Below the pieces are notes generated by a model, which was not told the origin of the DNA, did not search any database, and saw nothing but the letters and a program-made list of their open reading frames with translations. The translations under genes were made by a program, and so were the position numbers. A stretch of 47,365 nt of DNA, from contig JAZNFZ010000016.1 of the NCBI GenBank assembly GCA_045576195.1, positions 1 to 47,365 of the forward strand. The letters run 5' to 3'. This document shows, one piece after another, positions 27,029-36,167 of this stretch. Origin of the DNA: Eubacteriales bacterium. GTDB taxonomy: Bacteria; Bacillota; Clostridia; Oscillospirales; CAG-272. Numbering within the stretch: position 1 is the stretch's first letter; each line of letters opens with the position of its first letter.

Positions 27029-28186
27029 ATGAGCAGAAGCAAAAAAGCAAGAGTGATTGCATTATATTTGCCGCAATTTCACCCGGTTGAGGTCAACGAC
27101 AAATATTGGGGAAAAGGCTTTACGGAATGGACTAATGTTGCCAAAGCAAAACCTTTGTTTCGGGGTCACGATCAGCCTCGGATCCCTGCGGATCTTGGAT
27201 TTTACGATTTACGTCTTCCTCAGGTAAGAAAAGAACAAGCTGAGTTGGCAAAAGAAGCGGGTGTAGAGGGCTTTTGCTACTGGCATTACTGGTTCGGCAA
27301 CGGAAAAGAAGTTCTTCAAATGCCCTTTGATGAGGTTGTAAAAACCGGTGAGCCGGATTATCCGTTTTGCCTGGGCTGGGCCCTTCACGATTGGACAACA
27401 AAAACGTGGAAAAAAGGCGCCTCTGTTACCAAGGACACCATTATTTTTAAGCAAGAGTTTCCTGGGGAAGAAGACGATGTCAAGCATTTTTACAGATTGC
27501 TTAGTGCGTTTCAAGACAAACGCTATATTACGGTTGATGGCAGATTGTTGTTTTGTATTTTGGTTCCACGGGCAATGCCCGAGCCAAAACAGTTTATGGA
27601 CTTGTGGAATCGACTTGCACAAGAGAACGGTTTGCCCGGCTTCCATTTTGTAGGCATTGTAGACTCAATGCCCCAAATAACAAAAGAAAATATACGCTAT
27701 ATTGACAAGGCGGTTGATGACAACATATCCCAAGCCAAGGCTCTGGGCTTTGATGCCGTCGGCACCACAAATCAAAAATATGCGGAATTAAGAACCGGAG
27801 GCAAATTGAGAAAAATTTGCTTTGCGGCAATTCGCAAGGTGCTGCCCGGCGCATTGCTGGACAAGTACAACTATAGCAAGATTATCGATAATTTTTATTC
27901 CCCTTCTGATAGGAGAGAGGATGTGTACCCTCAGCTTCTTGCCGGATGGGATCGTTCCCCCAGATCGGGCAGAAAAGCAATTATTTATTATAATAACACA
28001 CCGGAAACATTCAAAAAAGCGGTGCAGAAGGCAATTGATTGTGTCCAGAACAAGAAGCCTGAACATCGTATTGTATTTCTGAATTCCTGGAATGAATGGG
28101 GCGAAGGGGCCTATATGGAGCCTGATTTGAAATACGGCCACGCGAAGCTGGAAGTGCTCAAAGAAGTACTGGAAGAAAAAGGGTGA
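27029..28186 (+). CDS. WbsX-family (GH99-like) glycosyltransferase
   Basis: Start at ATG 27029 after AAGGAG; IALYLPQFHP..ND..WGKGFTEWTNV, DLGFYDL, GFCYWHYWF, GWDRSPR, NSWNEWGEG.YMEPD. Confidence 0.9.
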   Translation: MSRSKKARVIALYLPQFHPVEVNDKYWGKGFTEWTNVAKAKPLFRGHDQPRIPADLGFYDLRLPQVRKEQAELAKEAGVEGFCYWHYWFGNGKEVLQMPFDEVVKTGEPDYPFCLGWALHDWTTKTWKKGASVTKDTIIFKQEFPGEEDDVKHFYRLLSAFQDKRYITVDGRLLFCILVPRAMPEPKQFMDLWNRLAQENGLPGFHFVGIVDSMPQITKENIRYIDKAVDDNISQAKALGFDAVGTTNQKYAELRTGGKLRKICFAAIRKVLPGALLDKYNYSKIIDNFYSPSDRREDVYPQLLAGWDRSPRSGRKAIIYYNNTPETFKKAVQKAIDCVQNKKPEHRIVFLNSWNEWGEGAYMEPDLKYGHAKLEVLKEVLEEKG

Positions 28187-29505
28187 ATATAATGACCTTG
28201 AAAAAAACAGATATCTTGACTTCGGTATTTTGGGTAGCACTTTTTTTGCTCCCCATTTTGCCTCAATATATTTATGTAATGAAGGGCGTTAATGTCGTCA
28301 ATTTTTTAGCGGTTGTATTTGTATTGTTTTTCATTGCCTTTGGTAAAATAAAGCTCTTGCAAATGCCCGTCTCTGTGTGGTTTTTCTGGCTTTTTGTTTT
28401 ATCGCAATCGGTTTTTGCGCTTGTCGATTCTGGCATTCTGCGCATGGCCACTTACTTGCTCACCTGCGTTGTGATTCCGTATCTCATTATTTGTTTTATA
28501 GACAACCGTGAACGCTTTTATCAAACAATAGATGTGTTGATCGGGGCGGGCGCGCTCATAGGAGTTTTCGGATTGCTTGAATCCATCACCAAGATAAACT
28601 TATTTCAACCCCTTGCTAACGGCCAAATGACAGAATTCTTCTACGAAGTCCGTTACGGTCTTTTGCGTATTATGACTACTTTTGGTCACCCCATTTCATA
28701 TGGTATTTACCAATGCTTTATCTCTGCGCTCATTGTATATCGTCTATCTACTGATTTCGCAACCAAAAATAAAAAATTCTACATCATTGCATTTATTCTA
28801 TCCACTCTAAACATCTTTCTGACAGTTTCCAGAATCCCGATTCTGATGTTCATTATTATACAAATCTTATTTGCGTATAAAAAACACAAAAGGAATTTTT
28901 TGCCTTGGTTTATCCTTGTCTGTTTGGGGATACTGCTCATTGCGCTCACCATCTCTGTGTTCGACATAAACATCCCGTTTATTGATGACTTATTTGCTAC
29001 TTTCCGTAGCTTTTTCAAAGGGGAAACGGCCTCTTCCGGTGAAACGGTAGGAATGGGAAATCGAGTGGAACTGTTTGAGTGGGTAACAAAATCCATGGGG
29101 AATTCGTGGATCTTCGGCAAAGGATTCGAAGCCGAATTTGCATATAAGGTTTTTGAGTGGCAAACCAAAACCTCGATTGAAAATCAATATCTCAACATTC
29201 TATATCATACCGGATTAGTTGGATTAATTACACTATTGTTGTCCTACCTTGGAATCCTTTATTTTGCCAAAAGAATGCAAAAAAAGCATCACCTTCTTTC
29301 TAACGAAAAAAGCTTTTCCTTTGCTTCAGTTATATTTATTGTGTTGCTGGTTTATTTTATCGCACAATTTGGAGTACAAGAAACGGATATTACCCGCATT
29401 TATGTGATTCTCGTATCCTTATTGATCGCATATTACCGCATCTCAACCAATCCTCCCGCAAGCACTCCCACAAATGAACTCTCTGCTATGGAGGCAAAAA
29501 CATGA
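28183..29505 (+). CDS. wzy: O-antigen polymerase / ligase family membrane protein
   Basis: About 11-12 TMs; RIMTTFGHPISYG, LTVSR, IFGKG...ENQYL....TGLVG (Wzy_C-like); GTGA overlap. Confidence 0.8.
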   Translation: MNIMTLKKTDILTSVFWVALFLLPILPQYIYVMKGVNVVNFLAVVFVLFFIAFGKIKLLQMPVSVWFFWLFVLSQSVFALVDSGILRMATYLLTCVVIPYLIICFIDNRERFYQTIDVLIGAGALIGVFGLLESITKINLFQPLANGQMTEFFYEVRYGLLRIMTTFGHPISYGIYQCFISALIVYRLSTDFATKNKKFYIIAFILSTLNIFLTVSRIPILMFIIIQILFAYKKHKRNFLPWFILVCLGILLIALTISVFDINIPFIDDLFATFRSFFKGETASSGETVGMGNRVELFEWVTKSMGNSWIFGKGFEAEFAYKVFEWQTKTSIENQYLNILYHTGLVGLITLLLSYLGILYFAKRMQKKHHLLSNEKSFSFASVIFIVLLVYFIAQFGVQETDITRIYVILVSLLIAYYRISTNPPASTPTNELSAMEAKT

Positions 29506-30653
29506 AAATTGCAATGATGGGGCTGGAATGCCGCAGTGCAAACAAAGGCTGCGAAGCTCTGACATATTCCTTTATTAATCTCGCTCAAAAAGTAGCTGAA
29601 AAAAATTTGGAACTCCATGTTTTTGGATATGCAGACCTGGGAAACATCCAGCAGAAATATCCCAATATCCCTTTTCACCACCATCGCATCAGTGTAAAAA
29701 ATCCTTTTAAGTGTTCGGATTTGAGAAAAGAATTTGACCAGATGGATCTGATTGTAGATGCCACCTATGGAGACGGATTCTCAGATATTTATGGTAAAAA
29801 GTGGAATGCCATCACCAATCTGGCAAAGCGTATTGCCATTCGTTCTAAAACGCCCTTCCTATTACTACCCCAAACGTATGGCCCCTTCTATAATCGCTTT
29901 TTGCGGAAATGGGCATATCACATCATTAAGGGTGCCGATGTGGCATTTTCCCGTGATGCCCTATCCGCCAAGGAGGTGAACGGGGTGATAGGGGACAAGG
30001 TAATTGAAACAACAGACCTTGCTTTTGCTCTTCCCTTTGACAAAAATGCTCACAAATTTGACAGAACAAAAATTCATATTGGCCTCAATATCTCCTCCCT
30101 CTTGTGGGATGGAGGCCATGCCAACACCATTCATCTTGCAACGAATTATAGGGAATACTGCAAAAAAATCCTTGAAACACTCATCGCCAGAGAAAATGTA
30201 GTGGTACATCTTATCCCTCACGTCATCGACAACGAAAACTATGATTGCCCCGAAAATGATGTGCGTGTCTGCGATGCGGTACATGCGCTGTATCCCAATA
30301 CTATACTCGCCCCCTCCTTCGCTGATCCCATCGAGGCTAAAAATTATATTTGTCAAATGGATGTATTTATAGGAGCCAGAATGCACGCTACCATCGGCTC
30401 ATTTTCCTCCGGAGTTACCACCATCCCCTTCTCTTACAGCAAAAAGTTTGAGGGGCTGTTTGGAAATCTGAATTATCCCTATGTCATCTCTGCCACCAAA
30501 GTCTCTACAAAAGAGGCTGTGGCACAAACCCTTTCCTACATTGAGAATCCCGCCCCCCTAAAAGAGGCACAAGCAAAGGGGATGACACAAATTGAAGGGA
30601 AATTACAGTTAATTCTAAATACGCTGGCAAAGTATGCTCGGCAGAAAGGTTAA
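29502..30653 (+). CDS. Polysaccharide pyruvyl transferase family protein
   Basis: NKGCEAL, GDGFSDIYG, LPQTYGPF, SRD, DLAF, GARMHATI...IPFSYSKKF. Confidence 0.9.
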   Translation: MKIAMMGLECRSANKGCEALTYSFINLAQKVAEKNLELHVFGYADLGNIQQKYPNIPFHHHRISVKNPFKCSDLRKEFDQMDLIVDATYGDGFSDIYGKKWNAITNLAKRIAIRSKTPFLLLPQTYGPFYNRFLRKWAYHIIKGADVAFSRDALSAKEVNGVIGDKVIETTDLAFALPFDKNAHKFDRTKIHIGLNISSLLWDGGHANTIHLATNYREYCKKILETLIARENVVVHLIPHVIDNENYDCPENDVRVCDAVHALYPNTILAPSFADPIEAKNYICQMDVFIGARMHATIGSFSSGVTTIPFSYSKKFEGLFGNLNYPYVISATKVSTKEAVAQTLSYIENPAPLKEAQAKGMTQIEGKLQLILNTLAKYARQKG

Positions 30654-30664
30654 ATCACACTGTT

Positions 30665-31843
30665 ATGCAAAAAAAGAATGTCTTTGAGACGCTTTGCACC
30701 GGTTGCGGATTGTGCAAATCCGTTATGGGCGCATCATTTGTAGATAGAGAAGGGTTTCCCTGTATATCTATTGAAAACAACAAAGAATTGCTTGAATTTT
30801 GCAAAATGCATTGCCCCGCTGCCGGTTTGCACGTAAAAGAAAATGCTTCTCCATGGGGAGGCTATATACAAGTATATCGCTGCTGGGCGAAAGATGATGA
30901 AATCAGATTTAAAGGCGCTAGCGGCGGAGCAACCACTGCTATTGCAATCTATCTGTTAGAATCAAAATTGGTAGATGGAGTGATCCAAGTCGGCGAAGAT
31001 GCGGAAAAACCATTTTCTACAAAGGTATATTGCAACACCACAAAAGAGGCAGTAATGGGTTGTACTGCATCTAGATACATAACATCCAGTCCCTTGTCCA
31101 CGATTATGGAATACTTGGGCAAAGGAAAGAAATATGCCTTTGTCGGTCGCCCGTGCGATGTTGTTACGCTAAACAATTTTCTGACAAGCCATCCGCAATA
31201 CAAAGAGGATATTTTTTGCACACTATCCTTTTTCTGCGCTGGCTCTCCCAGTGGGAGAGCCAGCGAGCGCCTTGTACAGCAAATGGGGATCGATCCATCC
31301 GAGTGCACGAGCATTCGGTATCGCGGAGAAGGTTGGCCGGGGAAAGCAACTGCAACATCGGCAGATGGAACCGTGCAAACTATGGAATACATTGATTCTT
31401 GGAACCGAGTGCTGGGAAGAGATGTTCGAAGAATGTGCAAATATTGCTCTGACGGCGTAGGAGAAAGTGCCGATATCTCCAGCGGAGACTTGTGGCACTT
31501 AGATGCTAACAAAAAACCAATATTTACAGAAGCTCCTGGGGAAAATATAACCTTTGCCCGTTCCCAAAAAGGATATGAGATTTTGCAGACAGCCTTAGAA
31601 AAAGGCTACATCGTATCAGAAATATATGAGCGTATAGATCAGGATTTGGGCTATATTCAACCATATCATAGCACCCGAAAGGCTTTGCTGAGAGCGAAAG
31701 TTTCTGCCACAAAAATAATGGGAAGATGCGCCCCCTATTATCCCAAAAGATTCTTGAAAAAGTGCTCTAAAAAGACATCTGTCAAAGTGCAACTACGCAC
31801 ATACTTAGGAACTGTAAAGCGAATTGTTAAGAAAAAACTATGA
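30665..31843 (+). CDS. Coenzyme F420 hydrogenase/dehydrogenase beta-subunit (FrhB)-like Fe-S flavoprotein
   Basis: N-terminal CTGCGLC...CP, ASGGATT, FVGRPCDV, FFCAG, YRGEGWPG, CKYC.D....ADISSGD. Confidence 0.88.
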   Translation: MQKKNVFETLCTGCGLCKSVMGASFVDREGFPCISIENNKELLEFCKMHCPAAGLHVKENASPWGGYIQVYRCWAKDDEIRFKGASGGATTAIAIYLLESKLVDGVIQVGEDAEKPFSTKVYCNTTKEAVMGCTASRYITSSPLSTIMEYLGKGKKYAFVGRPCDVVTLNNFLTSHPQYKEDIFCTLSFFCAGSPSGRASERLVQQMGIDPSECTSIRYRGEGWPGKATATSADGTVQTMEYIDSWNRVLGRDVRRMCKYCSDGVGESADISSGDLWHLDANKKPIFTEAPGENITFARSQKGYEILQTALEKGYIVSEIYERIDQDLGYIQPYHSTRKALLRAKVSATKIMGRCAPYYPKRFLKKCSKKTSVKVQLRTYLGTVKRIVKKKL

Positions 31844-33249
31844 GTAATATTGAGTATAAAAAAGCGGGGACATGGTACCTTTTTGGCAATATTTTCAATA
31901 AGGGAATTGCCTTTTTGACTGTGCCTGTTTTTACCCGTATCTTGTTGCCGACAGACTATGGTATTGTGACCACATATAACTCGTGGATCGGTATTCTGGC
32001 GATGGTGATGGGTTTTGCCCTGCATATGGCAATTCGTGCCGCCTTTGTTGACTATGAATCGGAAATAGATGACTTTATGTCCTCTATGCTGCTATTTACT
32101 TTGGTCTGCTCCATTTCTTTGACGTTAGTGGTGGGATATTTGTCCACTGTCATTGATATCGGAATTAGCTCCACTTTGATTTTGCTATGTGCCTTACAGG
32201 GCATGTCAACCGCATTGGTAGAGGATTACTCCTATTATTTGTTGATGCGTTACAAATACAAGTTCCGCACAGTCCTAATGCTATTGCCTAACTTGATCTC
32301 AGTGTGCTTGTCCATTTTGGCAATTCTCTTTGTGTTTGAGAGCGAAAAGTATCTCGGGCGCATCATCCCAACAGCCCTTGTGCATATCTTATTTGGACTT
32401 TTGGTAACCGCTTTAGCCTTGCGCCGTGGAAAGTGGAAAATCAATTTGGCGTATATCAAATACGCCCTGAGGATTTCTGCCCCCTTGATTCTCCACGGCA
32501 TAGCATTGAACATACTATCCCAGTCGGACAGAACTATGATCACGGCTCTCGTAGGCTCTGAGCAAACCGGTATATATAGTTTGATATACAATTTCAGTAT
32601 GATCGCCACCGTCATTACCACTGCTTTGGAGGGAGTTTGGATCCCTTGGTTTACAAGGAAAATGAAGGAGCAATCAGTCGGCGAGATTAACCATCTGGCC
32701 AAGGATTACCTAAACCTGATGACATATGCCATGGTGGCCCTGGTATTAGTGGCACCCGAGGTGGTGAAGCTCATGGCAGACAAGGCCTATTGGGAGGGCA
32801 TTGTCATTATCCCCCCTGTGGTACTGGCCAATTATATCATTTTCTGCTATACCTTGTTTGTCAATGTAGAACACTTTTATAAGAGCACCCTATTCATCTC
32901 GATCAACACCCTCATTGCTGCCGCTGTTAACATTGGGCTTAACTTTATATTCATTCCCAAGTACGGCTACATTGCTGCCGCATATACAACAGTTGCATCC
33001 TATCTGGTCTCCTTTATTCTTCACGCCATAAGAGGCAAAATAATGCAGAAAGATATTTATCCTGCCAAAATGTTCATAAGACCTATGGTTCACATCATTT
33101 TGGTCTGCGTAGTTTTTTACTTGACCCAAGAAATTTGGTGGATGAGATGGGGAGGAATGCTGATTTACATCGGAGCAATGTTTTATCGTGAAAGAAAAAG
33201 ACTTGCAGAATTTTTCCCTTTGATCAGCGCAAAGTTCCTTAAAAAATAA
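31840..33249 (+). CDS. wzx: Oligosaccharide flippase
   Basis: 12-14 TMs; KGIAFLTVPVFTRIL...DYG, SDRTMI...GIYS, NIGLNFIFIPKYGYIAAAYTT. Confidence 0.92.
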   Translation: MSNIEYKKAGTWYLFGNIFNKGIAFLTVPVFTRILLPTDYGIVTTYNSWIGILAMVMGFALHMAIRAAFVDYESEIDDFMSSMLLFTLVCSISLTLVVGYLSTVIDIGISSTLILLCALQGMSTALVEDYSYYLLMRYKYKFRTVLMLLPNLISVCLSILAILFVFESEKYLGRIIPTALVHILFGLLVTALALRRGKWKINLAYIKYALRISAPLILHGIALNILSQSDRTMITALVGSEQTGIYSLIYNFSMIATVITTALEGVWIPWFTRKMKEQSVGEINHLAKDYLNLMTYAMVALVLVAPEVVKLMADKAYWEGIVIIPPVVLANYIIFCYTLFVNVEHFYKSTLFISINTLIAAAVNIGLNFIFIPKYGYIAAAYTTVASYLVSFILHAIRGKIMQKDIYPAKMFIRPMVHIILVCVVFYLTQEIWWMRWGGMLIYIGAMFYRERKRLAEFFPLISAKFLKK

Positions 33250-33294
33250 TATTCGAAAAAGCCCTAGCATTTATGATACAAACAGGATAGGGAG

Positions 33295-34470
33295 GTGAAT
33301 GCGCCATTGCTTGATTCTCCGTTATTACGTGCTGTACGCCATGTCTTTTTTCAAGAACCTATACCCCAATTATTTGATTGGCAAGCGCTATACAAGCAGG
33401 CCCGACACCACAATATGATCGGCTTTGCCTATCATGCGATCCAAAACGCCGCATCGGCTCCTGCCGAAATAAAAGAAAAGATAGAACGCTTGTATTATTC
33501 CACGGTTTCGCAGCAGATGCAGCAAGAGTACTTCGCTTCCAAGCTACTTCAAGAATTGCAACAGAAAAGCATTCCGCATATGCCGCTGAAGGGCCTGCTG
33601 CTACGCCCCCTATACCCCTCGCCCGATCTTCGGCTTTCCTGTGACATTGATTTTCTCTATCCCATTGAGCACCGACAAGCCGTCGACGGTATTCTGAGCG
33701 AAATGGGCTTTTCCTGCACAAAAAAATGGGTTCATCACGACATCTACACGATGGGGCATGTAACCATCGAGCCTCATTTTGCTTTGACCGATCCAAATTC
33801 TGTGGCGAGCACCTATTACCAAGGCATTTGGGATCGTTTGGTCTCCGTAGATGGCTCTGCATATCGCTTCACGGATGAAGATTTTTACATTTTTATGCTC
33901 TACCATATGTCAAAGCATTTCCGCGAGGGCGGCGTTGGAGTGCGCGCCATCTTAGATGTCTTTTTATATCTGGACAAGCATCCTAATTTGAACCGAGTAT
34001 ATATCGAAGAAGAACTACAGAAGCTGCGAATCCAAAAGTTTGGCACATCAGTCGTGCACCTTGCGCATACCTGGTTCGGAAACGAACCCGCTACTCCCGA
34101 CATGGATCTTTTGGGTGATTTTGTGTTAAACGGCGGCGCTTACGGCTCTGCCAGATCAGGCGCGCAAATACACCATACCAAGCAAACAAAGAAGGGGAAG
34201 GTCTCCCCTCGCCGAGCAAAGCGTTCTTATCTGTGCGCCAAGTTATTTCCCCCGTTTGCCGTGATGAGATGTCAATACCCTTCTCTCTCCCGCCTTCCCT
34301 TTTTGCTTCCGTTTTATTATGTGATACGCTGGGTAGCCATTACCCTTTCCCCCTCAAAGAGAGCCGGAGCGAAGCGCGCGATGTCGCTGATGAACGATTT
34401 TGATATCGAAACGGCACAGAGCATCGCACAGATCCTCACCATCACCGGCATGGATGATATCAACCAATAA
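33295..34470 (+). CDS. Nucleotidyltransferase family protein (NTP_transf_5-like); start may be TTG 33307
   Basis: MPLKG..L..LYP....R.SCDIDFL, IEPH, HMSKHF..GGVGVR.ILD, a pattern recalled for this uncharacterised family. Confidence 0.8.
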   Translation: MNAPLLDSPLLRAVRHVFFQEPIPQLFDWQALYKQARHHNMIGFAYHAIQNAASAPAEIKEKIERLYYSTVSQQMQQEYFASKLLQELQQKSIPHMPLKGLLLRPLYPSPDLRLSCDIDFLYPIEHRQAVDGILSEMGFSCTKKWVHHDIYTMGHVTIEPHFALTDPNSVASTYYQGIWDRLVSVDGSAYRFTDEDFYIFMLYHMSKHFREGGVGVRAILDVFLYLDKHPNLNRVYIEEELQKLRIQKFGTSVVHLAHTWFGNEPATPDMDLLGDFVLNGGAYGSARSGAQIHHTKQTKKGKVSPRRAKRSYLCAKLFPPFAVMRCQYPSLSRLPFLLPFYYVIRWVAITLSPSKRAGAKRAMSLMNDFDIETAQSIAQILTITGMDDINQ

Positions 34471-34508
34471 ATTTAAAAACCAATATCCCCCTTTTTCCCC
34501 TTTCATCA

Positions 34509-34537
34509 TTGACACAAAGTCTATAATGTGTTATACT
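34509..34537 (+). promoter_or_regulatory. SigmaA promoter of the cpsBCD cassette
   Basis: TTGACA-N17-TATACT with extended TG. Confidence 0.8.
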
Positions 34538-34662
34538 AATGTAGGTTATATACGCGCCGTTACGGCGGTATATCCGCGCCACGGTATGTGAGCCGCGGCG
34601 CTGCTCCCACTCTCACATAATCGGTCGGGATCGGTCAATCCCACCGCTTCACTCTGACCGCA

Positions 34663-35382
34663 ATGAATATGAAATTAGCTGATATCCATATTCACGCATT
34701 GTTCGGCGTTGACGACGGCGCGGACACTGAGGAAAAAATGTATCGGATGGTAGATGCCTCCTACAAGGACGGCGTGCGCTTCCTCTGTGTCACCCCCCAT
34801 TTTCACCCCGGATATTACGGAGATAACCAAGCCTCCACCAAGTCGGCATTTTCACTGCTTTCGCAGTACGTTACGGCACATTATCCCGATCTTACGCTTG
34901 CGCTCGGAAACGAGCTGCACTACAGCCCCAATTCCATTACCTGGCTGAAGGAGGAGCTTTGTCACACCATGAACGGCACACGCTATGTTCTGGTTGACTT
35001 TGGGAACAATGAGCAGGCCGATGTGATTCTCGGAGCGATGGCCAAGCTTCTGAACCTCGGGTACATCCCCATTCTGGCTCACGCCGAGCGTTACAGGAAG
35101 CTTGAGCGAGGCTTTACCGACCTGATGGTGCTGCGAAACGACGGAGTCATCATTCAGGTGGATACCCAATCGCTTCTTGGCGAATTTGGTCGATTTGAGC
35201 TGCGGCGCAGCCACAAAATGATCAAGCTGGGGCTTGTTGACATTGTTTCCACCGATGCCCACGGCCTCAGCAAGCGCCCGCCCAATCTTTCCGCCGCCTA
35301 TCAGCTGATCAAGACGCGCTACGGAGCGCCCTTGGCAGATAATCTTTGCTATCACAATGCCATTCAACTTTTGACCAAGTAA
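34663..35382 (+). CDS. cpsB: PHP-family protein-tyrosine phosphatase (CpsB/CapC)
   Basis: DIHIHALFGVDDGA, TPH, GNE, PILAHAERY, STDAH. Confidence 0.93.
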   Translation: MNMKLADIHIHALFGVDDGADTEEKMYRMVDASYKDGVRFLCVTPHFHPGYYGDNQASTKSAFSLLSQYVTAHYPDLTLALGNELHYSPNSITWLKEELCHTMNGTRYVLVDFGNNEQADVILGAMAKLLNLGYIPILAHAERYRKLERGFTDLMVLRNDGVIIQVDTQSLLGEFGRFELRRSHKMIKLGLVDIVSTDAHGLSKRPPNLSAAYQLIKTRYGAPLADNLCYHNAIQLLTK

Positions 35383-35393
35383 AGGAGTAAATC

Positions 35394-36167
35394 ATGGAAC
35401 AGGAAAACAGAAAAGAAATTACGTTAAAGGACCTTTGGTCCGTATTGATCAAGCGTATCTGGATCATGGTGCTTGCCGCTATCCTTTGTGTAGGTGTCTT
35501 TTTTGTGGCAAAAAAGATCACCTATACCCCTGCCTACACCTCCACGGCTACGCTTTATATCCTGAAGCAATCCGACGAGACCGTGAACAACGACTACACC
35601 TTGGCACTCGGCATTGTCAACGACTGTGTGCACCTGCTGACCAGCCACGCGGTGCTGGATGAGACCATCAACTCCCTCGCGCTCGATATGTCCTACAGCC
35701 AGCTCAAGGGCAGCATTTCCATCAACAACCCCACCGACACCCGTATCCTTGAGGTCAGCGTAGAGGCAGACTCCCCCGAGGTTGCCAAGGCCATTGTGGA
35801 TAAGATCTGTGAGATCGGCGCAGAAAAGATCAAAAATTCCATCGGTCGCGGCGAGGTGGAGCAGCTCTCGATCCACGAGGCCGGCACAATGAGCACCACT
35901 CCCTCCAACGGCACCAAAACGCTCACCTATCTTCTGGTTGGCGTGGGAGCCGCCGCTCTTGTGTACATCTTCTTCCTCGTGCTTTATTTCCTGGATGACA
36001 CCATCAAGACCGATGAGGATGTCAAGGATATCCTGGGTCTCAGCGTACTCGGAAGCATTCCCAATTCGGAATACACCCCCGGCCGCGGTTATCGCTATTA
36101 CGCCTCCAGAGTCTTTTACGGGAAGCGGGCCTATACTGCCAAAGCAAAGGAGGAGGAAAAGCAATGA
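35394..36167 (+). CDS. cpsC: Polysaccharide co-polymerase / chain-length regulator (CpsC/Wzd)
   Basis: EITLKDLW..L.KR, two TMs, P.YTSTATLY, LDDTIKT.EDV...LGL.VLGSIP. Confidence 0.92.
   Translation: MEQENRKEITLKDLWSVLIKRIWIMVLAAILCVGVFFVAKKITYTPAYTSTATLYILKQSDETVNNDYTLALGIVNDCVHLLTSHAVLDETINSLALDMSYSQLKGSISINNPTDTRILEVSVEADSPEVAKAIVDKICEIGAEKIKNSIGRGEVEQLSIHEAGTMSTTPSNGTKTLTYLLVGVGAAALVYIFFLVLYFLDDTIKTDEDVKDILGLSVLGSIPNSEYTPGRGYRYYASRVFYGKRAYTAKAKEEEKQ

Noticed and set aside
30665-31843. Real F420-reducing hydrogenase or archaeal contamination
   Set aside because: No other hydrogenase or F420 genes are present, and the gene overlaps wzx within a bacterial polysaccharide operon.
34576-34660. 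HDV-like ribozyme or known riboswitch in the cpsB leader
   Set aside because: There is no P3/L3 segment between the crossing helices, and I could not match conserved nucleotides of preQ1, SAM-II or fluoride aptamers; left as an unknown structure.
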